64,000 nt of DNA from assembly GCF_000143415.4 (NCBI RefSeq), contig NW_003314270.1, forward strand, positions 2,883,668-2,947,667, in the 5' to 3' direction. Each line of letters starts with the position of its first letter. Positions within the stretch are counted from its first letter, which is position 1. The position numbers and the translations under genes are program-made. Of this stretch, positions 37,119-48,912 are shown piece by piece. Below the pieces are notes generated by a model that searched no databases, had not been told where the DNA came from, and was given only the letters and a program-made list of their open reading frames with translations. The stretch comes from Selaginella moellendorffii (Eukaryota > Plantae > Lycopodiophyta).

Positions 37119-39110
37119 ATGCTGAATTTCAACTTGGTGCAATACTGTTTTAAGAGAGTTCTCCAGAACCTACTAATGAAGATTTTATCTTGATCTGAGA
37201 TAATTTCTTCTAGCCTTCCCTACACTCGAACCACTTGTTTGAAGAACTGCTTCACCACGCTTTCCGCATTCACTTCTATTGTGGTGGGTATGAAATATGC
37301 CATTTTCGAAAATTGGTCCACCACCACGAATATTGCATCAAACCCCTCACTTTGGAGGAGTTCCGTGATGAAGTCCATCATAAGACATTTCCATGGTTGA
37401 TCTAGAATTGGAATGCTTTGTAACAAGCCTCCACTAGCCTTAGTCACGGCTTTGACCCACTGACATGTTAGACATGTCTTTACATAGTCTTGGATGTTCT
37501 TAACTATGTCTGGCCAGTGATACTTCCTCTTAAGTAAACCCATCATCTTGGGCACTCTACCATGTCCTACAAGAGGTCCATCATGACACTCTGCTAAGGC
37601 TACCTTCCTTAGTTCCCCTTCTAGAACATACATCTTCATTTGTTTATAATAAATGAGTCCATTGCATTCTATATAACCTTTTTCTCTTCTATTGGTGGCT
37701 CACCTCTTTGGTGAGCATCCCACGCCTCTTGATTCCTTACCAACACTTCTTGTGCTAGACCATCATTCTTATATGATGTCCGCATATCATCCCAAAATGT
37801 TGCTGTTGTGCTAAATATTGCCAACTTCAAGCTTGCCTTTTGACTTAGAGCATCTGCCACGATATTGCTTTATACAGAATCTCACAATCAAACTCGACCA
37901 AAGCATTGGCCCACCGACCTTCTTTCCCTCTTAGGTCGGGCTGCGATAAAAAGTGTTTTGTTGCCACATTATCCATGTAAACTTTGAAGTGCATTCCAAG
38001 GTAGTGTCGCCACTCCTTGAGCACCTTGACCACCGCAAATAATTCCTTCTCGTTGGTAGGCCATTTTTGTTGAGCCTTGTCTAACTTCTTTGAGAAGAAC
38101 GCCACTAGATGGTTGTTTTAATTCAAAATTACACCCAACGCAAAGTCTGAAGCATCTGTTTCTACCTCAAAGTCCTTACCAAAATTTAATAATATTAACA
38201 CGGGAGTCTTTCTCAACTTCCCTTTGAAGTGAACAAATGCCGCCTCGCATACAATCTTCCCTTTACCCATTTGGTCTGTTAAGGGTAGGGCTACTCTTGA
38301 ATAGTGTTTGATAAACTTTTGGTAATAGTTGTATAGCCTTAAGAACGCCCTCAACTCATGTACATTCAATGGTCACTACCATTTCTGGATCGCTTGGACC
38401 TTCTCAGGGTCCATCTTGAGCCCATCCTTGCCCACCACATGCCCAAAAAACTTTAGCTCTTGTTGAGCAAAGTCACATTTGCTCTTTTTAGCATACAGTT
38501 TGTATTCCCTTAGTTTCTCAAACACCTTCGTCAAGTGTTCGACATGCTCCTCTAATGTCTCACTATAGATCAGGATGTCGTCAATATAGATGACTATAAA
38601 ATGATCTAGATAGGGTACAAAGATATGGTTCATCAGCACTAAAAATGTTACCGGCGCATTGCACAGCCCAAAGGGCATCACCAGAAACTCAAAGCTCCCA
38701 TACCTTGTTTGATAGGTTGTCTTCTCGACATCTTCCTCTGCTACCCTGATTTGATAGTATACTGACATTAGGTCAATCCTCAAGAAGTATTTTTCTTTTC
38801 CCCACCTATCAAATAAGTCCTCAATCCTTGGCAAAGGGTATTTGTTCTTCTTTGTATACTTGTTAAGCAACCGATAGTCTATACATATGTGCATAGATCC
38901 ATCTTTCCTTTTCACAAATAATACCAACGCCCCATACGGCGACTTGCTCAACCTAACATACCCTTTGTCCACCAACTCTTTTAGTTGGCGCTTGAGCTCC
39001 TCAAATTCCTTTTCGTTCAAACGATAGGGTGGATGAACCATTGCCTTAGCACCCTTGATTAACTCAATCTTATCTTCTATCGGTCGTATGGGGGGCAACC
39101 CCATCGGCAT
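37119..39110 (-). pseudogene. Gypsy pol fragment: reverse transcriptase, RNase H, integrase N-half
   Basis: YPLPRIEDL, MPFGLCNAP, YIDDILIYS, ETDASDFALG, the HHCC motif (CHD..GH...CLTC) and MDFITEL; frameshifted. Confidence 0.93.
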
Positions 39111-40252
39111 GGTATTTTGGAATTAGTCTAGCACTCGTTAGATTACTAAAGGTACTTCTTCCATTCCCGTCTTTATGTCACTCTTCACTGAGAGTAAGCA
39201 CAAAAATGCTACCTTGGTTCCTTTAGTGAGTTGTCCTCTCGTGAACACCAAGTTTAAACAGGAGTCTTTGGCCTTACATTGCTCTACCTTTAGATCTTAC
39301 GCCTCCACCCTAAATCATTCTCCCTTCCATAGCCTCTTGTTCAACCAAAGGTTCCAGCTTCGGAGGAGGTTCCATCTCCACCTTGGTTCGTTTATGCCTT
39401 GCCTTTGCCATCTCTTAGCAATCCGCCTCTATCCTTTGCTAGAACTAAAGAAAAAGCTCCAATACCAAATTGTAAGTTATAAATTTTTCCTTTCCAATTT
39501 GCTAGTTTACCTTGTCCATTCGACCAACACTTCCTTAGACTTAGCTAAGTTCCTTTGCTAAGGTTCCTGCCTATAGTACCAGCTCTTACTTGGTTTTAAC
39601 TACTCACTACACGACTAATTGAGTGTTACCCATCCATCTACGGATTCCCAAATCTCTCCCAATCCCCTTCCCCAAGTTAGACTAGACTTAAGGTTCAGTT
39701 ACACTCCCTGCAAGCACAAACAACCAAGCACACCAAGCCTCTAAATTCCTAACATCCTTTGGTACCACAAGACTTGATCATGGGACCCTCTAAATCCCAA
39801 GCCTTGAGTGCAACACTTGCTCCGGGATGCTGTGGGGAAACACTGTGGCTTAATAGCCTAGTATGGGTACCTCTACTCCCCCACTTCCATCCCGAAGGGA
39901 AGGCCTAAGCCCCTAGACAGGGTGAGGACCAATGAGCCGCATGGTACTTAAGTAAGGCACCACTCCATATGAGCTGAAAGCACTACTATTAGTTTCCCTT
40001 CCGAGAGTGAGAGTTGCTCTTGAGCACTTCCTGGGGTAGCCCCTCCATCACCACCCAAATCCATACTCACTCCCACCCAAGGCCTCTGGGCCCTAGTCTC
40101 AACCTCAAGTCAATTTGGAAGTACCACTAGAGAGTTCCTTCAAAACTGGTTCCTGGACCTCACTATCCCTACTATACTTTTGGAACCCCTTGCAGCCCCC
40201 CTTTTTGGGAGACACATACTTTGGGCTTTCACCCCTCGACCTGTATTAGTAC

Positions 40253-40570
40253 TTGGACTCGGTCTCGGACTCAATCTCAGACTCAATCTTGGACTCAACC
40301 TTGGACTCAGTCTCGGACTCACTCTCGGACCCAATTTTGGACTCGACCTCGGACTCGGTCTTAGACCCGATCTCAGACTCGACCTCAGACTCGATCTCGG
40401 ACCCGATCTCGAACTCGACCTTGGACTCGGTCTCAGACCCAATCTCGAATCTCGGACTTTATCTTGAACTCGGTCTCGAACTTAGTCTTGGAGTCAGCTT
40501 TGGATTCAATCTTGGACTCTATCTCGAAATCGGTCTCAAATCGGTCTTGGACTCGATCTCAGACTCAGTC
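40253..40570. repeat. Degenerate hexamer array (GACTCG/GATCTC/GGTCTC) inside the Y LTR
   Basis: Seen directly; it produces spurious low-complexity ORFs on both strands. Confidence 0.9.
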
Positions 40571-43500
40571 CCATTCGATGAACTCTTTATCATTTCGACC
40601 ATGCTTTCAGGGATCCTTTAGCCTACGACACCTTGGGGAGTTGATTCTTTACAAAAGGTAAAAACCACGTGCGCTATATGATGTCAAGCCTATCTTGACT
40701 CACAACCACTCACATGAGCCTTCTTGGGGATCAAAGGTCTTAGGTTCACTTCTAATTGATTCATGTGTTTGGTAGCATATCCTAGGGCAAGAAATATAGT
40801 GCTAACTCAAGAAAAATAACATCAAAAGCCCTCTGGCTCTTTGTAACTATAGCAGTAAACTATTGCAATTAATTCTTCACTAAATTCTCTCTCGCACCTA
40901 TAATAAAATTGCAACCTCACTTCACCAAAAATTATCTAGTTTTTACATGCTTAGCATGAAACATCATAACCACAACTATGTCCTTGTCTTTATCCTTTAA
41001 CACAAGCAGCAACAACATCAACCTCTATTGGAACAAAATCATCTCTTACAGAAAGTGGAGTTCAAGCACATACAAATACAAGTAGGAGAGGTGATATCTT
41101 ATAGTGTTGTGTTAGTTAAAGAACTTTATCAAAGGTGGTTAGGGCAAATATATCAATAACTCTCACAAGGTGTTGATGAAATACTAGCCATAGCATATCC
41201 AACTTCACCCACTCTAACATATTTGGCTTTGTATGAAGTAAGAGACTCCAAAAGTGAACACTAATTTGTATAATTAACTTAGATGGCCCTTGATATAAAC
41301 AACACAATTACTGGAAGGCATCATAATCATTAGCATGTCCAAATATATGCTTGAAGACACTTAGGAGAAATCTACAATCCGCATAAGTGGCTACACTCAA
41401 ATTGTTCAATATTGTTTCTTGGAGACATGTGGGAAACTTCTGTAAATGCCAAACATCATACTAAGAATGATAAATGGCAATTATTGTAAAGTGATAAAAC
41501 CAATCATATATATTGTCCCTAGAATTTCTATGAAAGAATTTGGCTAGACGTGAGGATTGGCAGCAAGAATAAAAGAAGCTACATCACATGCTATGAATGT
41601 TGTCATCAACTGAGTTTGATTAGTTAGCTATAACTTCATAATATCAAGCAACTACTCTAGCATTAGAGGAGGAGGAGGCTGTTATAAAGAAGGATGCTAC
41701 TTTGCCATGAAGATGAATGAAAAGAAGAAAACAAACAAAAAAGAACATAAAAAGCTACAGAAATAAAAGAGATATAGACAATGCAAGTGTTAGATTTAAA
41801 CTAAAAGCTCTTTAGGAATAATTAAAATTGCCTCTCATCTTCATTAATGTAAATGTATGGAATATAGAAATAGAATATAGAAATATACATATTTGATTAG
41901 CCCAAAAACTTTAGCTTATATATAAAAATGAGAGGTCTAGATTGAAACCAATCCAATGGATATCAAAATCCCACTACATTAATAATAATATATGGCATCA
42001 TAGCCATACACTTGAACCTCACACCTATATAATATTTATAAATATATATACATATAATATTACAAAGTAAATATCTTAATTATAATAGTGTAACATATGC
42101 ACTGTCAAATTGACATTGAATCTAGGCCATTTATTTTTATATATAAAAAAAGTGGTGGATATGAAAGACACTATAAATTATTCTTGAAGAGTGAGGCTTT
42201 TTAGTAATGTTTTTCTTTAGTGTTCAAAATTGTGCTTTTGTTTTATAATTCCCTCATTTTTGAATCTAGATTTATTATAGCTTTTTGCTAAATATTGTAG
42301 TTATCAAATCTACTCCTTTTTTTTAATATTTATTATATTCCTTATTTCTTTTATAGTACACTATTGTCAATTAAGGAGTGTATTGTTCAAGGTTACCAAT
42401 ATTACTCTATTGTCCTTATTCAACAACTTTGTTCATATGATTATATCATATGTAGATTAAATTTTTGGTGTTGTGACTTTGAGTCCTTGGCATATTATCT
42501 CCAACTTTCATGGGATGTGATTACATGACTTTTCTTGTTCTCAGTGTCCAACCATCTCCTGCTAATGCAAAATGTGATTATATACAATGAATGATATAGT
42601 CTAATTCTTAGAGAATGTTAAAAGGATTGAGTTTATGAAAAGATTATATTTATGAATTTGGGTGAATTTCTAATTGCGATGAGGATTTTAATTGTTTTGA
42701 GGCTAGCTTTCAAGATAAGTTGAAAATTTTATAAGATAGGTACCAATTCTTAAATCTATCACATAAGTTTTTCTTTTATCTTCTGTCATTTCTCAGTTTG
42801 AGCCACTTTCTCATATGTTAATTTTTATTTGTTTCATATATTCCTTATACTTATTTTAAATATTGAGAATATATTTGTAATTGAGAGTCTTACTGTGGTC
42901 TTGTAAACAAAACTTTTGATTTATTTTGGTATTCTTCTTTTAAAGTTATTTTTGTAAAAGTTTTAAATTGAGTGTGTTTCCTCTATTGTATGTGCTACTA
43001 AAAGTCTTTGTTATTCTAACTTCTAATGTGCAGTGTTGGACAAGGATAAAAGTAGTAAGTCCAAATTAACAATGATTTTAGAGATTGGTTGAATGGAATA
43101 TATAAAAATTTGTCATTTGCTACAATAACTTTTTATATGTTATAATCACCCTCAAAATCCCTTGCTTCAGTTCACAATTATTTCTTTGAGGTTGATCTGA
43201 GCATAATTTGGCATATTGGATTGTAACTTCATTGGGATTCTGTAATTAGCTAATGTTTTTTGGGATAAACAATTACTTTCTCTTGAAGATGATGATGTTT
43301 GTATTTGCACAGAAAAAACTCTATTAAGATCATCAACTTGCCTTTAGTCACGATATTTTATCACCATGCACTTTGTTGGTTTGTCACAATAACAACTAGT
43401 CAATCATTAATAATAGCTAAGAGGAAAATGGGGAACAAAATGATGAAGGAATCACAAACTAAAGGAACAAAGTCTATAAGTAGCTAGAGGAGTAATTGTA

Positions 43501-44043
43501 AATACATCATGTCTGAAGTTCATTAGTTGATATCATCCCTACCTCTTATGTCTTCATATCTACAACTCCTCCTAAAGTTGAATATTCTTTACTCCTTCAA
43601 TTTGTAGTTGCTTGGTCATTCTTTTCTTCATTTGCCTCCTACAGCTGCTACTTGTGATTGTCCAGTTGTTATTGTGATAAACCAACAAAGCGTATGGTGA
43701 TAGAACATGATGACTAAAGGCAACCACAGAGCTTGTGCTGTGCAAATATAAATAGCTAAGGAAGCTCTGTTGAAAGTGTTCTTGAAGGAGGCATTGATTG
43801 TCTCTGAAAATCAATCAGCAAGTACTTGATTAGCTGCACTGATATAGCTCTCTCTGATTTCAAAGAGATCAAGGTTCTTTATTGAAGACGGGAGTAACAA
43901 GAGGAAAGGAGAAAATTGAGCATACTGGGATGCAATATGGGGACAAGGTGGCAATAGGATCCAAGCATAACATTGAGTCCTGAGGGTTCACCAATGCATG
44001 TCACATGCATTGACATATTTTGTGAGCGATCATCTTGAAAGGA

Positions 44044-45720
44044 TTAGAGAAAATAGAGTAAAGGATCAATCAAGTAATCCTTCCAAGCATCACTTAATCT
44101 CCCGCCATGGCTACAACCGCTAAGAAGCCTGAGTAGGACAAACGCATCAGGCAGGAATCCTTCAAGAATCATCTTACTCATTATCTCAAACGCATGAACA
44201 AAGCAGCCATTGAGAGCATAAGCTGTGAGAAAGACGATATAGGCAGTGGCGTTGTGAAAGGGCATCGTATAGAAAAGCTCGCGGGCTCTAGTTGCATCCC
44301 CAATTTGAGCATTTGGAAGACGTCCAGGATACCACGTTGTGCGCAGCCATCTCTTCAAAACTTGTGCAAGCATCTTCCATGTTATGCAAATCAATATAGC
44401 GCAGCATCCACGTCACCAGGACGCGGTCAGTTTGGGCCATGGCGGCGATCATGGACTTACAACACCAAACCTCCCATTCAGGCATCCGTACAAAGAAGTC
44501 GTCGGTTTCACTGATATGCCCCATTTGGGCAAGCACTGTACTGCCAGAATCCACGACATTGTGTCTCCCGCTGGCATGGAAAGAATCTGCCCTAGGCGAC
44601 ATGAAAGATGTTCCACGTCGCGGTGGTTCTCAGCGGCATACTGTCGAAGAGTTCTTTTGCCAACTCCAAATGCCAGTTCCCACGACATCCCGGCCGCTCA
44701 TTTTCTCGAACATGTCGCACACACGGTCGAGATCGGCTGCGCGGGCGTAGTGGTGTCTGACTCAGCTAGTGCCAAAGGTCTTCCACTCTTTTAACATGTA
44801 CACAAATTACAAGAAACTCTGTTCATGTGGAGTCTAGCGAAAAGACTTTCGTGAGATACCATATGATCCCTGGACGTACACGTTTCCAGCATTGAGACTG
44901 GATTCCAATCTCCGCGATGCATGAACTTCAGGCCATGTTGGTCGGGATCCATTAACCGCCCAATTTGCAGCAATGCTCCAATATGCGATTGATCAAGTAG
45001 TCCAGATGCCCTTTAAGGGAGTGTGCTAGAGCATAACGTTCCAACACACTTCGTCGTGCACTGCAATCTGGTCAAACTGACCATTCTTAGCGCAGTACGT
45101 GGCCAGTCCGAGCCATAGCGGCAACCATGGGTGTACTTTACCAAACCTCCCATTGAGGCATCAGTATCAAGAAGTCCTCAGTTTCCGTTATATGCCCCAT
45201 TTGAGCAGGCACTGCGATTTCCAGAATCCACGCACACTGCACCTCGCGCTGGCCTTTGTGGTATTATCTTAAGGAGTTCTTTTTCCAACTCCAAATACCC
45301 GTTCTGGGCATTCACCGTAATCATCCAGTTCCAGCACACGACATCCCGGCCGCCCATTTTCTCAAACATGTCACACAAACGGTCGAGATCGCCGGGGCGG
45401 GCGTAGTGGTCTATCATTGTCGTCCACGACATGGCATCTGGGGCCTTGAGTCGATAAAACAGGTTTCTCGCATCCTCGAGGTGCCCATTCTCGGCAAGCG
45501 CTGCGACGGTCACATTCCACGGGCAACGCCTGGGCTTGGCGAGGTCGTGGAAGATCTCCAGGGCGTGCTCCGGGGGCTGCCTCATTTCCCATACATGCGA
45601 ATGAGCTGCGAGACGAGGCGATCGTTGTCTCGATGCCTTGTTCTAGCGATGTGGGCGTGTTCTAGGATCGTAGTGGCCAGATTCTTGGAATCGCTGCAAG
45701 ACCGGACCAGGAAATCCAGA
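44044..45720 (-). pseudogene. PPR pseudogene with internal tandem duplication (copy B)
   Basis: Broken PPR frames homologous to 24490-26110. Confidence 0.85.
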
Positions 45721-45913
45721 TCATCGGCATCTGGAGTGGAAGCATAAAAATTTCAAGAATATGCGCGAGTGATCTTCCAATTTCAAGGATATGCACGTAT
45801 AAAATATGCTCGAAAAATCTTCTTAATGCAGGAAGATTATTCGAGCATATTCCTAGAATTCGGTAAGGATATGCCCGAATAATCTAAGACCAGTTTCATG
45901 ATGGAGTCTCCGT

Positions 45914-47620
45914 ATGGGTGATCCAGCATCACTAGAGGCAAGATTTGCATCCCATCGAAACATCAAACCACGGAGTGGAAGATGGAAAGAGGCCATTTTT
46001 AACAAGAGTGTCAAGGATGCGGTGGAAGAGGAGCAGCAAGAGAAAAGCCCGGCAAATGTGGGCAAGTACGCAAGCCTCATTAGAAGCTGCACGGCCACGC
46101 AAAATCTAAGCGACGGGCGACGCCTCCACCATCACATAGCATCGCACCCCAACTCCAAGTACAGAAAGGACCGATTCCTGGGGAATTTGCTCGTGAACAT
46201 GTACGGCAAGTGTGGCTGCGTTGACGAGGCTCGCGCGGTGTTTGACGCTATTGCCCATCCGAATGTGTTCTCGTGGAACATGATTCTTGCAGCATACGCC
46301 TTGAACGGGCAATTGGACAAAGCAAAATCCACGTTTGAAGAAATGCCTGAGAAAGATGCAGCCTCGTGGACGTGCATGATAGCTGCATATGGTCAGGTGC
46401 GCCAACTTTTTGAGGCTAGAGAATTGTTTGATTCTATGCAAAATCCCAGCGTGGTTCCTTGGAACGCTATCATCTCTGCATATGCCCATGCAGGGCATCA
46501 ACACGAGGCAGTGGCACTCTTCAGAAAAATGGACCTCGCTGGCACCGCGCCAAACGAGATCACCTTTGTCACGGTTCTGGATGCCTGCGCGGGATGCAAC
46601 GCTCTTTCGGCAGGCAAAACAATCCATACCCACATCGAATCCACGCTCGGGAGCGGCCAAGTGATGGACGTGGTGCTTGCGACGGCGCTGGTGAGCATGT
46701 ATGGAAAGTGTGGCGGGCTGGCGGAAGCTCGGAAGGTGTTTGATCGCATGGAGCCCTCGCGACGAAACGTTGTGTGTTGGACGTCCATGCTTGCAGCACA
46801 CGCAGCGAGCGGGGATCTGGACGAGGCGACGAGGCTCTTCGAAGCAATGCCGGTGAGGAACACCGTCTCCTGGAATGCGATGATCTCGGCGTGCGTCCAG
46901 AACAAGGAGCTTGCTTGTGGTTTGATTGTTTTCAATCGGATGGACATGGAAGGGATCCAGGCCGACGAGATCAGCTTTCTTTCGGCTCTCGATGCCTGCG
47001 CTGGATTGCCGGCTGTCTCGCAAGGCCAGATGCTCCACGCGGAGCTTCTCGGGATGGCGATCGATGGTCGCACCATGCTGGACGACGTCCGGATCTCCAC
47101 TGCTTTGGTCCACTTCTACGCGAAGATTGGGCTTCTTGGCGAGGCAAGACGCGTCTTCGACAAGGGACCCAGGAATGCCGTGTCCTGGAACGCCATGGTT
47201 TCAGCGTACGCGGGTGGCGGCCATGGCGCTCGAGCTGTGGAAACGCTGCGAGGCATGGAGCTCGAGGGGTTCTCACCGGACCAGGCAACCTTTGTAGCGT
47301 TACTCTCGGCTTGTAGCCACGCGGGGCTGCTGGGCGATGGATTGAGCTACTTTGCTCGTGCCAGGCACGACTTTGGGCTGGTGGCAAATCGGGATCACTA
47401 TGTTTGTCTGGTGGATCTCTTGGGACGAGCTTCGTGGGTGGAGGAGGCAGAAGAACTGCTCGGATCCATGCCTTTCGAGGCCCATTCCGTGGCCTGGATG
47501 ACGCTGCTCGGCTGTAGCAAACTCCAGCGTGATTTTGGACGTGCCTCTCGAGCTGCTGCAAATGCGTGGAATATGGAGCCTGGGAATGCCGCTTCCTACG
47601 TGCTGCTCAACACTACGTAA
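45914..47620 (+). CDS. PLS-class PPR protein ending within the E domain (568 aa)
   Basis: Intronless; LGNLLVNMYGKCG, NVFSWNMIL, TFVALLSACSHAG, HYVCLVDLLGRA, EPGNAASYVLL*. Confidence 0.9.
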   Translation: MGDPASLEARFASHRNIKPRSGRWKEAIFNKSVKDAVEEEQQEKSPANVGKYASLIRSCTATQNLSDGRRLHHHIASHPNSKYRKDRFLGNLLVNMYGKCGCVDEARAVFDAIAHPNVFSWNMILAAYALNGQLDKAKSTFEEMPEKDAASWTCMIAAYGQVRQLFEARELFDSMQNPSVVPWNAIISAYAHAGHQHEAVALFRKMDLAGTAPNEITFVTVLDACAGCNALSAGKTIHTHIESTLGSGQVMDVVLATALVSMYGKCGGLAEARKVFDRMEPSRRNVVCWTSMLAAHAASGDLDEATRLFEAMPVRNTVSWNAMISACVQNKELACGLIVFNRMDMEGIQADEISFLSALDACAGLPAVSQGQMLHAELLGMAIDGRTMLDDVRISTALVHFYAKIGLLGEARRVFDKGPRNAVSWNAMVSAYAGGGHGARAVETLRGMELEGFSPDQATFVALLSACSHAGLLGDGLSYFARARHDFGLVANRDHYVCLVDLLGRASWVEEAEELLGSMPFEAHSVAWMTLLGCSKLQRDFGRASRAAANAWNMEPGNAASYVLLNTT

Positions 47621-47770
47621 TCTAAGCAAAAGGTGGCGTAGTCCCACTTTGAATATGATATGAGCAGACCGTGGCGTTGCCGTGTTGGAATACAATTTTG
47701 TCGTGTTAGGGAGAAAAAAGGGGTCTTCTGTAGAAAATAGTAGAGAGGAAGAAAAAAAGAGAGAGAGATC

Positions 47771-48912
47771 ATGGGGATCGCTGCAAATCTAGACGCAATC
47801 CTTGGGGAGTCTCTTACGATCGAGGACTACTACGTCACTGATCCAAGCGATCGTCCCACCGTTCCGCACAACGCATACGATGACGCCTCCGACACAATCC
47901 CTTGCCTCCACCTCGCGAGAATTCGTGCCTCATCGGGCGAAGATCGCAAGCGGATGCTCGAGGAGGTGAGAGATGCCGTTTGCGAGTGGGGTTTTTTTCG
48001 AGTGGTGGCTCACGGCGTGGATGAGAAGCTCGTCGATGATACGGTTGCATGGGCTCGCGGTATCTTCGACATGGATCTCGAGACCAAGCTTAAATCCCTG
48101 GTGGATGACTCGTCCGGAAGTCCTGCCGGATACCATTGCGGCGTCGTCAAACGGAACAAATCCTGGCAGGAATCGTTCCACTCCTGGGCCGACCCCAGCG
48201 ATTTCAAGATCGCTGCCGAGAAGTTGTGGCCTTCCAGCGAGGAAATCAAGTATGTTCTTTGTTTCTAAGTTGATCTAAAACTTTGTGCAGGGAGATGCAT
48301 TACAAGTTCTCGATGGCTATGGAGGAGCTCGCTCTGGAGATCCTCCAGCTGCTGGAGGAGGCTCTGGGAGTCACTAGCGGGGATTTCACACGCCACTGGG
48401 AGCGACTGAAGAGAACTTTCGTTCGCTTCAATTGGTATCCTCCTTGCGAAGAGCCTGGCCTTGTTCTTGGCGCTGGCTCCCACACAGACCCCGATATCAT
48501 CACCATCCTCCTTCAGGACGAAGTTGGAGGGCTCCAGATCCTCAAAGACTCCAAATGGATCGCTTGTAAGCCACTGCATGGGTCTTTTGTCATCAACGTT
48601 GGGGATTGCTTGCAGGTATAGTCTTGTTTTTTTATAAATTATTAGAGGCTGTTTTGGTATTTCTTCCAGGTGTTAAGCAACGATTTTCTTCCTAGCCTCC
48701 AGCATCGAGCCGTGCTAAACAAGGAGAAAGCTCGATTGTCCGTTGCTACTTTTGTGTTTCCAAAGGTCGATGCAACAATTGAGCCATTATCGGATCTGGT
48801 CGATGAAGATCACCCTGCAGCATTCAGACGTTTAGTGTTTAAGGAAATTACCAATGCTGCGAAAGAAATGAAGTTCAAAGGAAAAGAGGTTCTATCTCTT
48901 TTCCGTGTTTGA
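47771..48912 (+). CDS. 2-oxoglutarate/Fe(II)-dependent dioxygenase (DOXC, GA20ox-like), exons 47771-48249, 48291-48615, 48670-48912 (348 aa)
   Basis: WGFFRVVAHGV, NWYPPCEEP, the H-x-D...H triad (HTD...QHR), R-x-S (RLS) and canonical GT-AG introns that keep frame. Confidence 0.9.

Larger units (their letters stand above)
30670..40653 (-). mobile_element. Ty3/gypsy chromovirus (family Y), degenerate, gag/protease largely deleted; LTRs 39471-40653 and 30670-31300; TSD AAAGG
   Basis: TG...CA LTR pair, AAAGG at 30665-30669 and 40654-40658, a degenerate tRNA-iMet PBS (TGGTATTGGAGC) next to 39471, and the order RT-RNaseH-integrase-chromodomain. Confidence 0.92.

Noticed and set aside
40140-40661. 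Overlapping ORFs rich in SPR, DS and LG repeats
   Set aside because: Artefacts of the stop-free hexamer array inside an LTR.
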